From the NCBI GenBank assembly GCA_045532675.1, contig JAZSGJ010000101.1, forward strand, positions 1 through 55,730: a DNA stretch of 55,730 nucleotides, read 5' to 3'. Below the pieces are notes generated by a model. It saw nothing but the letters and a program-made list of their open reading frames with translations, was not told the DNA's origin and made no database searches. The stretch is from Eubacteriales bacterium. GTDB taxonomy: Bacteria > Bacillota > Clostridia > Oscillospirales > CAG-272. A program made the translations under genes and the position numbers. This document shows, in pieces, positions 39,544-48,846 of this stretch. Numbering within the stretch: the first letter of the stretch is position 1; the number at the start of each line of letters is the position of its first letter.

Positions 39544-39816
39544 ATGTCTAATGGAACCGGGTTTAAAAATAGAGATAGATTTATTCAACTTGGAATTGCT
39601 ATTGCTGCGTTGAGAAAACTTAGAGGAATGTCACAAGAGCAATTAGCGGAAAAGGCCGGTATAAGCCGTTCGCAGATGAGTATAATTGAAGCGCCTAATA
39701 TGACTCGCTCCTTTTCCTTGGAAATCTTTTTTAATATAGCTGATGCTTTAGAAATTAAGCCATCACAATTATTAGAGTCCTCTTTGTTTTGTGAGGATGT
39801 TGTTAATAGTAAATAA
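39544..39816 (+). CDS. XRE-family helix-turn-helix transcriptional regulator
   Basis: LRKLRGMSQEQLAEKAGISRSQMSIIE is the HTH; 90 aa. Confidence 0.8.
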   Translation: MSNGTGFKNRDRFIQLGIAIAALRKLRGMSQEQLAEKAGISRSQMSIIEAPNMTRSFSLEIFFNIADALEIKPSQLLESSLFCEDVVNSK

Positions 39817-39820
39817 TAAA

Positions 39821-39850
39821 AAATCCGCCATTTTAAGTGGCGGATTTTTT
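39821..39850. terminator. Bidirectional terminator
   Basis: AAATCCGCCA / TGGCGGATTT, flanked by an A-run and a T-run, between convergent genes. Confidence 0.7.
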
Positions 39851-39887
39851 ATGAAAAATTTAATTGTTTGTGTATTTAAAAATTAAA

Positions 39888-40721
39888 TTAATCCTCTATT
39901 GTATATTTTTGATTAAACTTGTCGATCAGCAGCGCGGCAACAGCGCCAAACGCAATGCATACGAGATTGATAACTGCCATAAGCACCGACTCAGTGAAGC
40001 TCTTAAACGGTATTATCATAACCGTAGCTGCTATAACAATACCGATAATTGCATGGAAGGAAACAGAATAAAACCTATTGAAGAGGGCATTTATTGCCTT
40101 AGCGAACATAATCACGGTGACTATAGCTCCTATAGCGCCCGGGATTAATATTGAAAAATTCAGATGCCCGATACCGTCAATAAACGTCTCGTAAAGTCCA
40201 AGCGGCATAAGCAGGGTGGAAAAGCTCATGCCAGGTGCAATAACGCTGAGAGCTAAGCAGAAGCCACAAAATACATACCAGAGGAAATTAGGAGTGATTG
40301 ATACCGAAAGAAGTTTCAACGAAATCAAGAGGGCGGAGATAAGTACGAAAGCCAAAATCAATGAAATATAGGATTTCTTATTTCTGCCGCGCTCCCCGGC
40401 TTCTCTGAACAAGGAGGGCATCATTCCCGAAATCAGTCCAACGAATACGCAAATTGACTGGTTCTCAAATTTGTCAAGCAAAAAAGATAGAAGATTTGCT
40501 ATACCGAGGAAACCGATAATTCCACCGATTATAACGGGAATCAATTTTGGAAAATGAGTTTTAAAATTGCGGAAAGGTGATGCGAGAAATTCCATAATGG
40601 TTTTGTAAATTCCAAATGCTACGCAAAGCACTCCGCCGGAAATTCCGGGAAGCACCGCACCAATGCCGATTAAGGAGCCTTGCATCACTTTTACGACAAA
40701 CGGCTTTGCCTTTTTTTTCAT
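39888..40721 (-). CDS. DUF368 family membrane protein (candidate undecaprenyl-phosphate translocase, PopT-like)
   Basis: Polytopic protein with the family motif LPGISGGV near the N-terminus; 277 aa. Confidence 0.7.
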   Translation of the reverse strand: MKKKAKPFVVKVMQGSLIGIGAVLPGISGGVLCVAFGIYKTIMEFLASPFRNFKTHFPKLIPVIIGGIIGFLGIANLLSFLLDKFENQSICVFVGLISGMMPSLFREAGERGRNKKSYISLILAFVLISALLISLKLLSVSITPNFLWYVFCGFCLALSVIAPGMSFSTLLMPLGLYETFIDGIGHLNFSILIPGAIGAIVTVIMFAKAINALFNRFYSVSFHAIIGIVIAATVMIIPFKSFTESVLMAVINLVCIAFGAVAALLIDKFNQKYTIED

Positions 40722-40821
40722 GAAGTTTTACCTCGTCCGTTTTTTAAAATAATCTTTATACCGCAAAGAAATGTTCCTTCACGGAAAAATGTTTGTTTTG
40801 TTATATTTTCAGACTTTTTGT

Positions 40822-41946
40822 CTATTTATTTTCAAATTCATTTGCGACGGAAACAAGCAGCTCGCGTATCTTTAATTTCTGAGGACATGCTTCCTCGCAT
40901 CTTCCGCATTTTATGCAGTCTGACGCCTTGCCTTTGTTAACTGTATGAACACCGTTGTAATAAAATCCCGCATTCCAGCCGCTGAAGATTTTTTTAGAGT
41001 TCATACACGCAAAAAGATCGGGAATCGAGATGTTCTTTGGGCATACCTCTATACAGTATCTGCACGCCGTGCATGGAATCGTATCCTGTGATTTATAAAT
41101 GCTTATAACCCTATTAACCGCTTCGCGCTCTTTCTCGGTAAGCAGGGTAAAGTTTTTCATATAAGAAATATTATCTTCGGTTTGTTTGATATTACTCATG
41201 CCCGAAAGCACTGTTAAAACACTGTCAAAGCTTGCGGCAAATCTTATGGCGTAGCTTGCGTATGAGCCGCCTTTAAGTGAATCGAATACAGCTTTGGCTT
41301 CATCCGGCAGATTAACAAGGCTTCCGCCTTTAACCGGCTCCATAACAATTACGGGTTTATCGTATTTTTCGCATACCTCAAGGCAAAGTCTGCTTTGTAC
41401 TGCCGCATCGTCGTAATCAACGTAATTCAACTGAATCTGTACGACCTCAATTTCGGGATAATCAGACAGTATTTTCTCGAGCATCTTGGCATTATCGTGG
41501 AAAGAGATTCCGAAATGCTTGAATTTGCCCTCAGCTTTTAGTTCAAGAGCTGTTTCATAAGCGCGCTCACGGGTGTATTTTTCGTAAAGCTTTGCGCTTT
41601 GCGCGTGCATAAGATAAAAATCAAAATAGTCAACACCGCACGCCTTTAATTGACTTTCAAAGAGCGGGCGTATTTCCTCGTTTTTCTTAAAATGAAATGT
41701 GGAAAGCTTGTTCGTCAGAATGTAGCTTTCTCTTGGATATCTTTTTACGAGGCATTCGCATAGTGCTGTTTCGCTCATTCCGTCGAGATATCCGTGCGCA
41801 GTATCGAAATAATTAAATCCGCTCTCCATAAATGTGTCAATCATCTTGTTCAGTTGGTCGTAATCTACAGTTTTATCCTCTCGCATCGGGAATCGCATAC
41901 ACCCGAAGCCGAGCTTCTTTTTTATTTCGGGAAAGTTGTTTTTCAT
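40822..41946 (-). CDS. Aldo/keto reductase fused to a C-terminal 2x[4Fe-4S]-type cysteine domain
   Basis: The AKR N-terminus is LGFGCMRFP...FDTAHGY. The C-terminus has CTACRYCIEVCP and CIKCGRCEEACP. Confidence 0.8.
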   Translation of the reverse strand: MKNNFPEIKKKLGFGCMRFPMREDKTVDYDQLNKMIDTFMESGFNYFDTAHGYLDGMSETALCECLVKRYPRESYILTNKLSTFHFKKNEEIRPLFESQLKACGVDYFDFYLMHAQSAKLYEKYTRERAYETALELKAEGKFKHFGISFHDNAKMLEKILSDYPEIEVVQIQLNYVDYDDAAVQSRLCLEVCEKYDKPVIVMEPVKGGSLVNLPDEAKAVFDSLKGGSYASYAIRFAASFDSVLTVLSGMSNIKQTEDNISYMKNFTLLTEKEREAVNRVISIYKSQDTIPCTACRYCIEVCPKNISIPDLFACMNSKKIFSGWNAGFYYNGVHTVNKGKASDCIKCGRCEEACPQKLKIRELLVSVANEFENK

Positions 41947-42093
41947 ATATAAAACCTCGGATTTTTATTATTTTTACAGAATTGCGTAATTTTAAAGTAA
42001 TCCCGACAAAAAATCCTACCAGCCAAAACTTTTGGATGGAGGCAAGATTTACGAATTCTTTGTAGGGATTTTTAGAAAATTATTCTTTAATTA

Positions 42094-42669
42094 TCAATAA
42101 ATTTTAAAGTCAAGATTGAGATATCTTGAAAGAGCATTAAGATAGAAGTAATCACCGTAAACAGCCGTTTGGTCTATGCCAAGTTTCTGAGGAAGTGCCG
42201 CAGTAACGCGGAAAGTGAGTCCGTCGTAATCAATACCGAGCTCACCCGTGCATTTGTCGATTACGGAGTTAAGCATTTGCGCCGACGCGCTTTCGAAAAC
42301 AGCTTTATGCTTAGCACTATCGGGAAGCATTTTGCACATCTCGTTCATACCGCAAACATAGATCGCCTGCAGAAGCGTCCTTAATAACCTTATCCGAAAC
42401 GAAGTCGAAGTCCCAAGCGGGAATAAGGTCATCGGAAAGATGGTTAAGCATAAAGCAGGCAATTCCTCTATGTATGTCTACGAGGTAGCTCTCGTGGTTG
42501 TAGCATTACAAAAATACTCTGCGGCGTCAAGAGCTGTCTGCCTTGCGGCTTCATTTCAGGTGAGTTTGTAAGCTGCATCGGATACTGCCTTGATAAGCTT
42601 TTCTCTTGAAATTATGTAGGGCTTTGAAAATCTTTCGGGATTCGCGAGGGTAATTGTTTCTGTAATCAT
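42094..42669 (-). pseudogene. GH88/GH105-like unsaturated glucuronyl/rhamnogalacturonyl hydrolase remnant
   Basis: The minus-strand pieces lie in three frames. They read YNHESYLVDIHRGIACFMLNHLSDDLIPAWDFDFVSDKVIKDASAG, then AIYVCGMNEMCKMLPDS and ...AVYGDYFYLNALSRYL. This matches the ..P.WDFD...RD.SAaAI.a.G..E..... signature of the family. It is much shorter than an intact gene. Confidence 0.55.
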
Positions 42670-42772
42670 AATACATTGCATATATTTTTCAATACGAAAG
42701 TATTAACTAAAGTAATTATACATGTTTAGTAATGCTGTGTAAAGTTTTTTTGTTTTATATTTAAAGTAGGGA

Positions 42773-44140
42773 TTAAACATTTTCGTCAGCCTCAATTTTT
42801 GCTTCTTTGGCATTTATCAGCGTCGCAGTTCCGTCATCATGATAAATTATGCGGTCTCCTGAGGTATTAATGCTGTCCTGATAATCAAGGAATGCTTTTG
42901 CAGAGGGGAATAGTGGAGTATGCTCGCTGATTATCGTTTTTGCTCTTTGTGCGCCGCCACCGAGGAGAAGCTTGAGCATTGCGAGTTGCCATCTTGCAGA
43001 ATCCACAGCTGCTTTTTCAGGATCGGCTATCTGATAATCGTTTCCATGGCTCTTGCCGTCGGCGCCAGCGCAGTAAGGATGGACTACCGGCATTATAGCG
43101 GAGAGGTCGCCCATATCGGTGCTTCCGGTACTGAAGGCATTTTCAACGTTGAATACAAGACCGGGATTTGCGATTTCTGCGGCTTCTTTGCAAAGAAGAA
43201 TCATGTTTTTGTCATTTACAAGAGGTGAGTAGCCGGGCATATCTGTTATCTCAATATTTGTCCCCATTGAGTAAGCCGCGCCTATAAGTGCCTGATTGAC
43301 CTTGTTGTTTGCGGATGTCATTGCTTCAAATGTTTTTCCTCTGATATAGCTTTCAATCGATACCTTCTCAGGAATCGCGTTTACCATATCACCGCCGTGA
43401 GTAATTATGGGATGAAATCTTATAAGGTCGGTATCCTTGAAGGTTTCGCGTACTGCATTCGCTGCGTTAATTCCGCATGTTGCCGCATAAAGCGCGTTTT
43501 TACCAGCCCAAGGCGCGCCGCCCGCATGAGCAGCTACCCCTTTATATAACATTCGTTTGGCAATGCATCCCACAGAGCCGAGACGCACTCCGTAATTCTT
43601 TGCAGTGTGGACCATGAAGGCAATATCAACGCCGTCAAAGTATCCTCTGCTCAAAAACTCGCTTTTTCCACCGAAATATTTAATTTTGCCTTCGGCTTTA
43701 AGTTTGCTTCTGTATTCAATTTCAAGAAGTTCCTCTGCGGGAACAGCGCAAAGTCTGATTTTTCCCGAGAGCTTATCGAGAACCGTTTTTTCGGTTAGCG
43801 CTGCGGCAATGCCGAGAAGGGCGGCACACTGCGCATTATGACCACAAGAGTGTACTGCTCCGGTTTGTAGGTTGGCTTCCTTGTGAGTGGGGCATATTAT
43901 TGAGTCAAGCTCGCCGCAAACGAGAACCTCGGGTCCCGGCTTTCCCGTGTCAACTACTGTATAAAACCCGGTTATTCCATCGGCATAAGTGAGCTTATAT
44001 CCAAGTGATTCAAACTTTTTTGCAAGATAGTCGGTGGTTTCAAATTCTTTGTATCCAGTTTCAGGATGATTCCAAATATAACGCTCCGCGGCGAGTATCA
44101 TATGTCTGTATTTGTCTATAGCGAGATTAATTTCCTTCAT
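42773..44140 (-). CDS. M20-family amidohydrolase / peptidase
   Basis: 455 aa with HSCGHNAQCAALLG and a dimerisation-domain layout. Confidence 0.85.
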   Translation of the reverse strand: MKEINLAIDKYRHMILAAERYIWNHPETGYKEFETTDYLAKKFESLGYKLTYADGITGFYTVVDTGKPGPEVLVCGELDSIICPTHKEANLQTGAVHSCGHNAQCAALLGIAAALTEKTVLDKLSGKIRLCAVPAEELLEIEYRSKLKAEGKIKYFGGKSEFLSRGYFDGVDIAFMVHTAKNYGVRLGSVGCIAKRMLYKGVAAHAGGAPWAGKNALYAATCGINAANAVRETFKDTDLIRFHPIITHGGDMVNAIPEKVSIESYIRGKTFEAMTSANNKVNQALIGAAYSMGTNIEITDMPGYSPLVNDKNMILLCKEAAEIANPGLVFNVENAFSTGSTDMGDLSAIMPVVHPYCAGADGKSHGNDYQIADPEKAAVDSARWQLAMLKLLLGGGAQRAKTIISEHTPLFPSAKAFLDYQDSINTSGDRIIYHDDGTATLINAKEAKIEADENV

Positions 44141-44173
44141 GGTTTTTCTCCTTTATAAAATTAGTTAACTGTT

Positions 44174-44397
44174 TTATCTTTTTTTGTCAAAAGAGGTCAC
44201 GAGTGTTTTGGGATGCTCGTCGAATCCGAGCTTTATGATTTTATATTCTCCGTTTTTATAATCTATTTCGGTTATAAAATTGTTTGAAAGGCTTTCCGCA
44301 TCACTTAAGCTTTGCCTGCGTAATTTTCCTTTTTCGGTTAGAGGTGCGTCGGTTTGACCGGTGTGCTACCTTTTGCGATTTTCGAGAGCGTTATCAT
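44174..44397 (-). pseudogene. Possible histidine-phosphatase (PGAM-like) remnant
   Basis: MITLSKIAKGS is followed, after a frame shift, by HTGQTDAPLTEKGKLRRQ. This resembles RHGQTD..PLTE.G. The remainder is a short C-terminal-like tail. Confidence 0.3.
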
Positions 44398-44490
44398 TAA
44401 AATTCACCGCTGATTCATATATATAAATTATACTTTATTATAAACTGTTTTGCAATAGCATTTTGAATTTTAATATAAAATACTTTATAT

Positions 44491-44552
44491 CGTAAATTCT
44501 CAAAGTAAATGCAAGCCCTTTGCTACTGTTGCATTTACTTTGAGAATTTACG
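44491..44552. repeat. Perfect 24-bp-stem / 14-nt-loop hairpin (62 nt)
   Basis: CGTAAATTCTCAAAGTAAATGCAA, loop GCCCTTTGCTACTG, then the exact reverse complement. It abuts the truncated tnpA. Confidence 0.9.
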
Positions 44553-44556
44553 CCTG

Positions 44557-44796
44557 ATGATTTTCGAAAAATATGCGAACTTGAAGTATAAATACGGAAA
44601 CCGTCATTTTTGGTGCAGAGGGTTCTATGTAGATGCAGTAGGGCGCAATAAGAAAGCTATTGCGGAGTACATAAAGAATCAATTACACGAAGATAAAGAA
44701 GCGGAGCAACCGAGCATAAAAGAATATATAGACCCGTTTACGGGTGAGCCGACAAAAGAAGGCAAAAAAACAACCCCTTTAGGGGTAAGCCTGTGA
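44557..44796 (+). pseudogene. tnpA: IS200/IS605-family TnpA (Y1 transposase) C-terminal fragment
   Basis: KYKYGNRHFWCRGFYVDAVGRNKKAIAEYIKNQ matches the conserved C-terminal third of IS200 TnpA. The N-terminal HUH region and the catalytic part are missing. Confidence 0.65.
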
Positions 44797-44893
44797 AATC
44801 TGCGCGGTTGGCAGACTTTTCGATGAGCCTATAGGCTCACCGAGCCGGTGTTACGCCCTAAGGGGCTGTGCAAGCCAGCGGCATAGCCGGTGG

Positions 44894-45613
44894 TCATGAC
44901 TTGCCCTCGTTTTTTGCACAGCTTTTTACATAATACGCAAGGGCGTGTGAAATTATCAGCATGGCGAAAATGAAAATGTATCTGAAAAGCATATAGAGTA
45001 TTTCGCTTGTTCTGTAAGTGCCAGAATAATTGATAAGGAAGCTTACCGTGTCAATTATTTCGGATGTTATTGCGAATATAAAAACGGTTAACGAAGCTCC
45101 GAATATTCCTTTGGTTTCGGGGGGTGAAAAGTCAAATGCACCGCCGCCGGAAAATGATTCCTTAAAATTTGATTTTGCTTTACTGTTCCGCTTCGCAAAT
45201 ATCCGCGTCAGGAATATTATGATAAATAAGAGGAAGAGAGCCTTTAGGTAATTTAATATTATGGTAATCAGAGCTATAAGGATTGCAAAAAGAAGCGTCA
45301 CGGTGATTTCATATCCCTGATAAGCAAGCTCAAACGTGCGGTAAGGGAAAAGATAAAGAAATTCGGTAATGGAGAATGGAATAGCAACGAGCATTGCTTT
45401 GCCAAAGCCCCGCTCTTTATAGGTACAAAGAGCAAATGCGGATGTGATAAGCGGAAGTAGCATATACGATATTTCCGAAAAATAAGATGATATGTATATC
45501 ATTGCCTCACTTTCCGTGACATAGGTCGAAATATAGTACAACAGAAAACGAAATATATTTACGCCTGCAGTTACAGCAAAAAATATATACGTGGGCTTGT
45601 TTTTTAATTTCAT
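44894..45613 (-). CDS. Hypothetical polytopic membrane protein (239 aa)
   Basis: About 6 hydrophobic helices. I recognise no motif. Confidence 0.55.
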   Translation of the reverse strand: MKLKNKPTYIFFAVTAGVNIFRFLLYYISTYVTESEAMIYISSYFSEISYMLLPLITSAFALCTYKERGFGKAMLVAIPFSITEFLYLFPYRTFELAYQGYEITVTLLFAILIALITIILNYLKALFLLFIIIFLTRIFAKRNSKAKSNFKESFSGGGAFDFSPPETKGIFGASLTVFIFAITSEIIDTVSFLINYSGTYRTSEILYMLFRYIFIFAMLIISHALAYYVKSCAKNEGKS

Positions 45614-45689
45614 TACAGCTTGTCTCCCTTGTGAGATTTACACTATATTCTAACATAAAACACAAAAAAATTCAAGTAGGAGAATTTAA

Positions 45690-46586
45690 ATGAGGAAAGA
45701 AAACAGATATTTTTTGCCGATTTACAAGAACAGATGCGTGTATTCCGAAGATTATCTTAAGAAATATCCTTTGGCGGAGTACGGAACCGTAGGTAAAAGT
45801 ATTCTTGCTAAGGATATCGAATATTTCAGAATCGGGTGCGGAAATAAGCATGTAATTGTAGTGGGAGCGCATCACGCGATGGAGCATATAACAGCATCGG
45901 CGTTATATGACTTCATTGATTTTTTAAATGAAAAATTGACACGGGGAGAGACATTTTGCGGTGTAAATATACCGTTTTTACTAAAAAAATTTTCGTTTTG
46001 GATAATTCCATGCCTTAATCCCGACGGTGTTGAAATGCATATTTCGGGTATAGAAAAAACGCCGCTTTACGATAGGCAGATGCGCATGAACGGAGGTAGC
46101 TCCGACTTTTCCTCTTGGCAGGCAAACGCAAGGGGCGTTGATTTAAACCATAATTATAGCCAAGGTTTTTTCGAGTATAAAAGGCTTGAGGCAGCGGAGA
46201 GTATTACCCCGGGTAACACGCGCTATTCCGGAGAGTATCCCGAAAGCGAGCCCGAAACTCGCTCGCTTGCAAATTTTATACGCGCACTCTCTCCTTCGGC
46301 TGTTGTCAGTCTGCACACTCAGGGAGAGGAGATATATTCAAAGCCGGAATCTAACTATGTTAAAAGAATTGCCGAGAGGCTCTCGCTCACAGTAGGTTAT
46401 AAATCTACGCAGCCAACCGGACTCGCCTCGTTTGGCGGTCTTTGCGATTATACCGGAGGGGGACTCGGAATACCTTCTTTTACGGTTGAGGTAGGGCAAG
46501 GGGAAAATCCGCTCCCCGAGTCTCAGTTTGCCGCAATATGCGATAGAGTAAGAAAGCTGCTTGTGCTTCTGCCGACATATTTATAA
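45690..46586 (+). CDS. M14-family zinc carboxypeptidase (gamma-D-glutamyl-diamino acid peptidase-like)
   Basis: HHAMEH supplies the HxxE zinc ligands, and NPDGVE and DLNHNY are also present; 298 aa. Confidence 0.8.
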   Translation: MRKENRYFLPIYKNRCVYSEDYLKKYPLAEYGTVGKSILAKDIEYFRIGCGNKHVIVVGAHHAMEHITASALYDFIDFLNEKLTRGETFCGVNIPFLLKKFSFWIIPCLNPDGVEMHISGIEKTPLYDRQMRMNGGSSDFSSWQANARGVDLNHNYSQGFFEYKRLEAAESITPGNTRYSGEYPESEPETRSLANFIRALSPSAVVSLHTQGEEIYSKPESNYVKRIAERLSLTVGYKSTQPTGLASFGGLCDYTGGGLGIPSFTVEVGQGENPLPESQFAAICDRVRKLLVLLPTYL

Positions 46587-46637
46587 CAACATTTTGTGAA
46601 TAAAATGTAAACTTTTTTGGTTTGTCGAAATTTACGC

Positions 46638-46666
46638 TTGAAATTTCTTTGTGCGTGTGCTATTAT
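46638..46666 (+). promoter_or_regulatory. Candidate rpsB promoter
   Basis: TTGAAA (46638-46643), 17-nt spacer, TATTAT (46661-46666). Confidence 0.5.
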
Positions 46667-46672
46667 ATATAA

Positions 46673-46794
46673 GCTGCGTAAAATCGCAGTAAATATTATA
46701 TCTCACATGGCGAGTAGGTTTATTGCCGGTGCTTCGTTTATTCGAAGTCGCAATATTATGTCGCCATGGCGGAAAAACCAAGGAGGAACATAAA
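46673..46794 (+). promoter_or_regulatory. Structured rpsB 5' leader
   Basis: A 5' hairpin CTGCG-TAAAAT-CGCAG lies at 46674-46689. An 8-bp helix CATGGCGA (46706-46713) / TCGCCATG (46761-46768) encloses the hairpin CTTCG-TTTATT-CGAAG (46732-46747). The structure ends about 15 nt before the RBS AAGGAGGA. Confidence 0.45.
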
Positions 46795-47553
46795 ATGTTC
46801 GACATTTCAATCAAGCAGTTGCTTGAATCAGGCGTTCACTTCGGTCACCCGACAAAGAAGTGGAATCCGAAGATGGCAGAGTACATCTTCACACAGAGAA
46901 ACGGTATTCACATCGTTGACCTTCAGAAGACCGTTAAGAAGTTTGAGGAGGCTTACAACTATGTTGCTGAGCTTGCTGCAGAAGGCGGCACAATCCTCTT
47001 CGTAGGAACAAAGAAGCAGGCAGCCGACACCATTAAGGAAGAGGCTCAGAAGTGCGGAATGTACTATGTTAATGTTCGTTGGCCCGGCGGTATGCTTACC
47101 AACTTCAACACCATCCGTAAGTCCATCAAACGTCTTAAGGACCTTGAGAAGATGCAGGCTGACGGAACCTTCGATCTCCTTCCCAAGAAAGAGGTTGCAA
47201 AGCTCGTTAAGGAAATGCAGGACCTTGAAAAGTCATACGGCGGTATTAAGGACATGGGAACTCTTCCCTCAGCTCTTTTCGTTGTTGACACACGCAAGGA
47301 AAGAATCGCTGTTCTCGAAGCAAAGAGACTTGGCATTCCCGTAATCGCTATCGTTGACACCAACTGCGATCCCGAGGACGCAGATTACATCATCCCCGGT
47401 AACGATGACGCTATCCGTGCAATCAAGCTTATTGCAGGCGCTCTTGCAGATGCTGTAATTGCTGCTCATGGCGGTGTGCAGGAAGAGGTTTCTTCAGAGG
47501 AAGCTCCCGCAGAAGAGGCTGAAGCAGAAGCAGCAGAAGTTGTTTCCGAGTAA
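46795..47553 (+). CDS. rpsB: 30S ribosomal protein S2
   Basis: The N-terminus [13 protein letters not shown] and an acidic C-terminal tail are present. ATG 46795 follows AAGGAGGA, and the track ORF begins at 46723. Confidence 0.96.
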   Translation: MFDISIKQLLESGVHFGHPTKKWNPKMAEYIFTQRNGIHIVDLQKTVKKFEEAYNYVAELAAEGGTILFVGTKKQAADTIKEEAQKCGMYYVNVRWPGGMLTNFNTIRKSIKRLKDLEKMQADGTFDLLPKKEVAKLVKEMQDLEKSYGGIKDMGTLPSALFVVDTRKERIAVLEAKRLGIPVIAIVDTNCDPEDADYIIPGNDDAIRAIKLIAGALADAVIAAHGGVQEEVSSEEAPAEEAEAEAAEVVSE

Positions 47554-47574
47554 TTTTAGAAGGAGAATATAAAG

Positions 47575-48498
47575 ATGGCAGATTTTTCAGCAAAGGACGT
47601 AGCCGAACTCAGAAAGCAGACCGGTTGCGGTATGATGGACTGTAAAAACGCACTCAAGGACGCAAACGGCGACTTTGAGGCAGCAGTAAAAATCCTTCGT
47701 GAGAAGGGTATGGCAGCAGTAGCAAAGAAGGCAAGCAGAATTGCTGCAGAGGGTATCGTTGACGTTATGACTATCGGTTCCACAACCGCTATAGTTGAGG
47801 TTAACTCCGAGACCGACTTCGTTGCAAAGAACGCTATTTTTCAGGCATTCGTTAAGGATGTTCTTAAGACAATAATTGCAAATAAGCCCGCTGACATTGA
47901 CGCTCTTATGGCGTGCAAGTTCGAGGGTGAGGGCGAGGGCACTGTAAGCGATGCTCTTGCTGAGAAAACCGGTACTATCGGTGAGAAGCTTTCTATCCGC
48001 CGCTTCGCAGTTGTTGAGGGCACAGTTTCCACTTATATCCACGGTCTTGGCGCCACAGGCGTTGTAGTAAGCTTTGATACAGACGTTGCTGATAAGGCTG
48101 AGTTTGCAGAATGCGCAAAGAACGTTGCTCTTCAGACTGCCGCTATGCCCGTTCAGTATCTTGATAAGGACGCTGTTCCCTCTGAGGTTCTTGCAGAGGA
48201 GAAGGCTATTCTCATTAAGCAGATGCAGCAGGATCCCAAGATGGCTAACAAGCCCCAGCAGGTTCTTGAAAAGATCGTTGAAGGTAAGCTCGGTAAGTTC
48301 TATGAGAACAACTGTCTTCTTCACCAGCTCTACGTAAAGGACGATTCTATGACCGTTCTCAAGTACGTTGAAAGCGTTGCAAAGGCTCTCGGCGGAAGCA
48401 TCAAGGTTACAGGTTACGTTCGTTACGACAAGGGCGAAGGTCTTGAAAAGAGAGAAGAGGATTTCGCTGCTGAAATTCAGAAGATGGTTCAGGGCTAA
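47575..48498 (+). CDS. tsf: Translation elongation factor Ts
   Basis: UBA-like N-terminus VAELRKQTGCGMMDCKNAL; 307 aa. Confidence 0.96.
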   Translation: MADFSAKDVAELRKQTGCGMMDCKNALKDANGDFEAAVKILREKGMAAVAKKASRIAAEGIVDVMTIGSTTAIVEVNSETDFVAKNAIFQAFVKDVLKTIIANKPADIDALMACKFEGEGEGTVSDALAEKTGTIGEKLSIRRFAVVEGTVSTYIHGLGATGVVVSFDTDVADKAEFAECAKNVALQTAAMPVQYLDKDAVPSEVLAEEKAILIKQMQQDPKMANKPQQVLEKIVEGKLGKFYENNCLLHQLYVKDDSMTVLKYVESVAKALGGSIKVTGYVRYDKGEGLEKREEDFAAEIQKMVQG

Positions 48499-48619
48499 TT
48501 TCTTTCAGCTTCATAAATAATTAAAAAAGTGCTCCACCGGAGGTTATGTTTTTATAATCTGTCCTATGGGGCGCTTTTTTATAATTTAAATATTGGAAAA
48601 ACGGTAAGAGAGAGGAATC

Positions 48620-48781
48620 ATGAGCTTTTTGTTGAGCAATCCGACGGTATTCGTTATCGGTAAGGATTACGAGATGGTTTTAAGCCTTAAAGAAAACGGT
48701 ATATGCTCGCTTATTATCGGCAGGGAGACCTTTTATGAGGAGAACACTGACGTTCTCAGCATCGAAATAATAGAAAAGTAA
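48620..48781 (+). pseudogene. 53-aa ORF, possibly the N-terminal stub of a metallophosphoesterase-like gene
   Basis: The RBS AGAGAGG precedes MSFLLSNPTVFVIGKDYEMVLSLKENGICSLIIGRETFYEENTDVLS. It resembles the N-terminal beta-domain of clostridial calcineurin-like phosphoesterases as I remember them. No catalytic domain follows. Confidence 0.25.
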
Positions 48782-48804
48782 ATTAAATAGTGGATGTTAA
48801 ATTT

Positions 48805-48846
48805 ATCGCGGATATCTCTGAGTTGAGATATCCGCGATGCTTTTTT
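48805..48846. terminator. Terminator hairpin between convergent units
   Basis: Perfect 14-bp stem ATCGCGGATATCTC / GAGATATCCGCGAT, loop TGAGTT, then GCTTTTTT. Confidence 0.65.

Larger units (their letters stand above)
44491..44893 (+). mobile_element. Decayed IS200/IS605-type element
   Basis: A truncated tnpA is followed by a 3' region dense in short palindromes (ACCCCTTTAGGGGT, GAGCCTATAGGCTC, GCCCTAAGGGGC). Confidence 0.5.

Noticed and set aside
46723-46794. N-terminal 24-codon extension of rpsB in the ORF track
   Set aside because: The extension covers the structured leader and precedes the strong AAGGAGGA RBS. S2 homologues start at [10 protein letters not shown]-type sequences.
47587-48324. 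245-aa ORF antisense to tsf
   Set aside because: It is a shadow of the highly biased tsf coding frame. It is Leu/Cys/Asn-rich and resembles no protein family.
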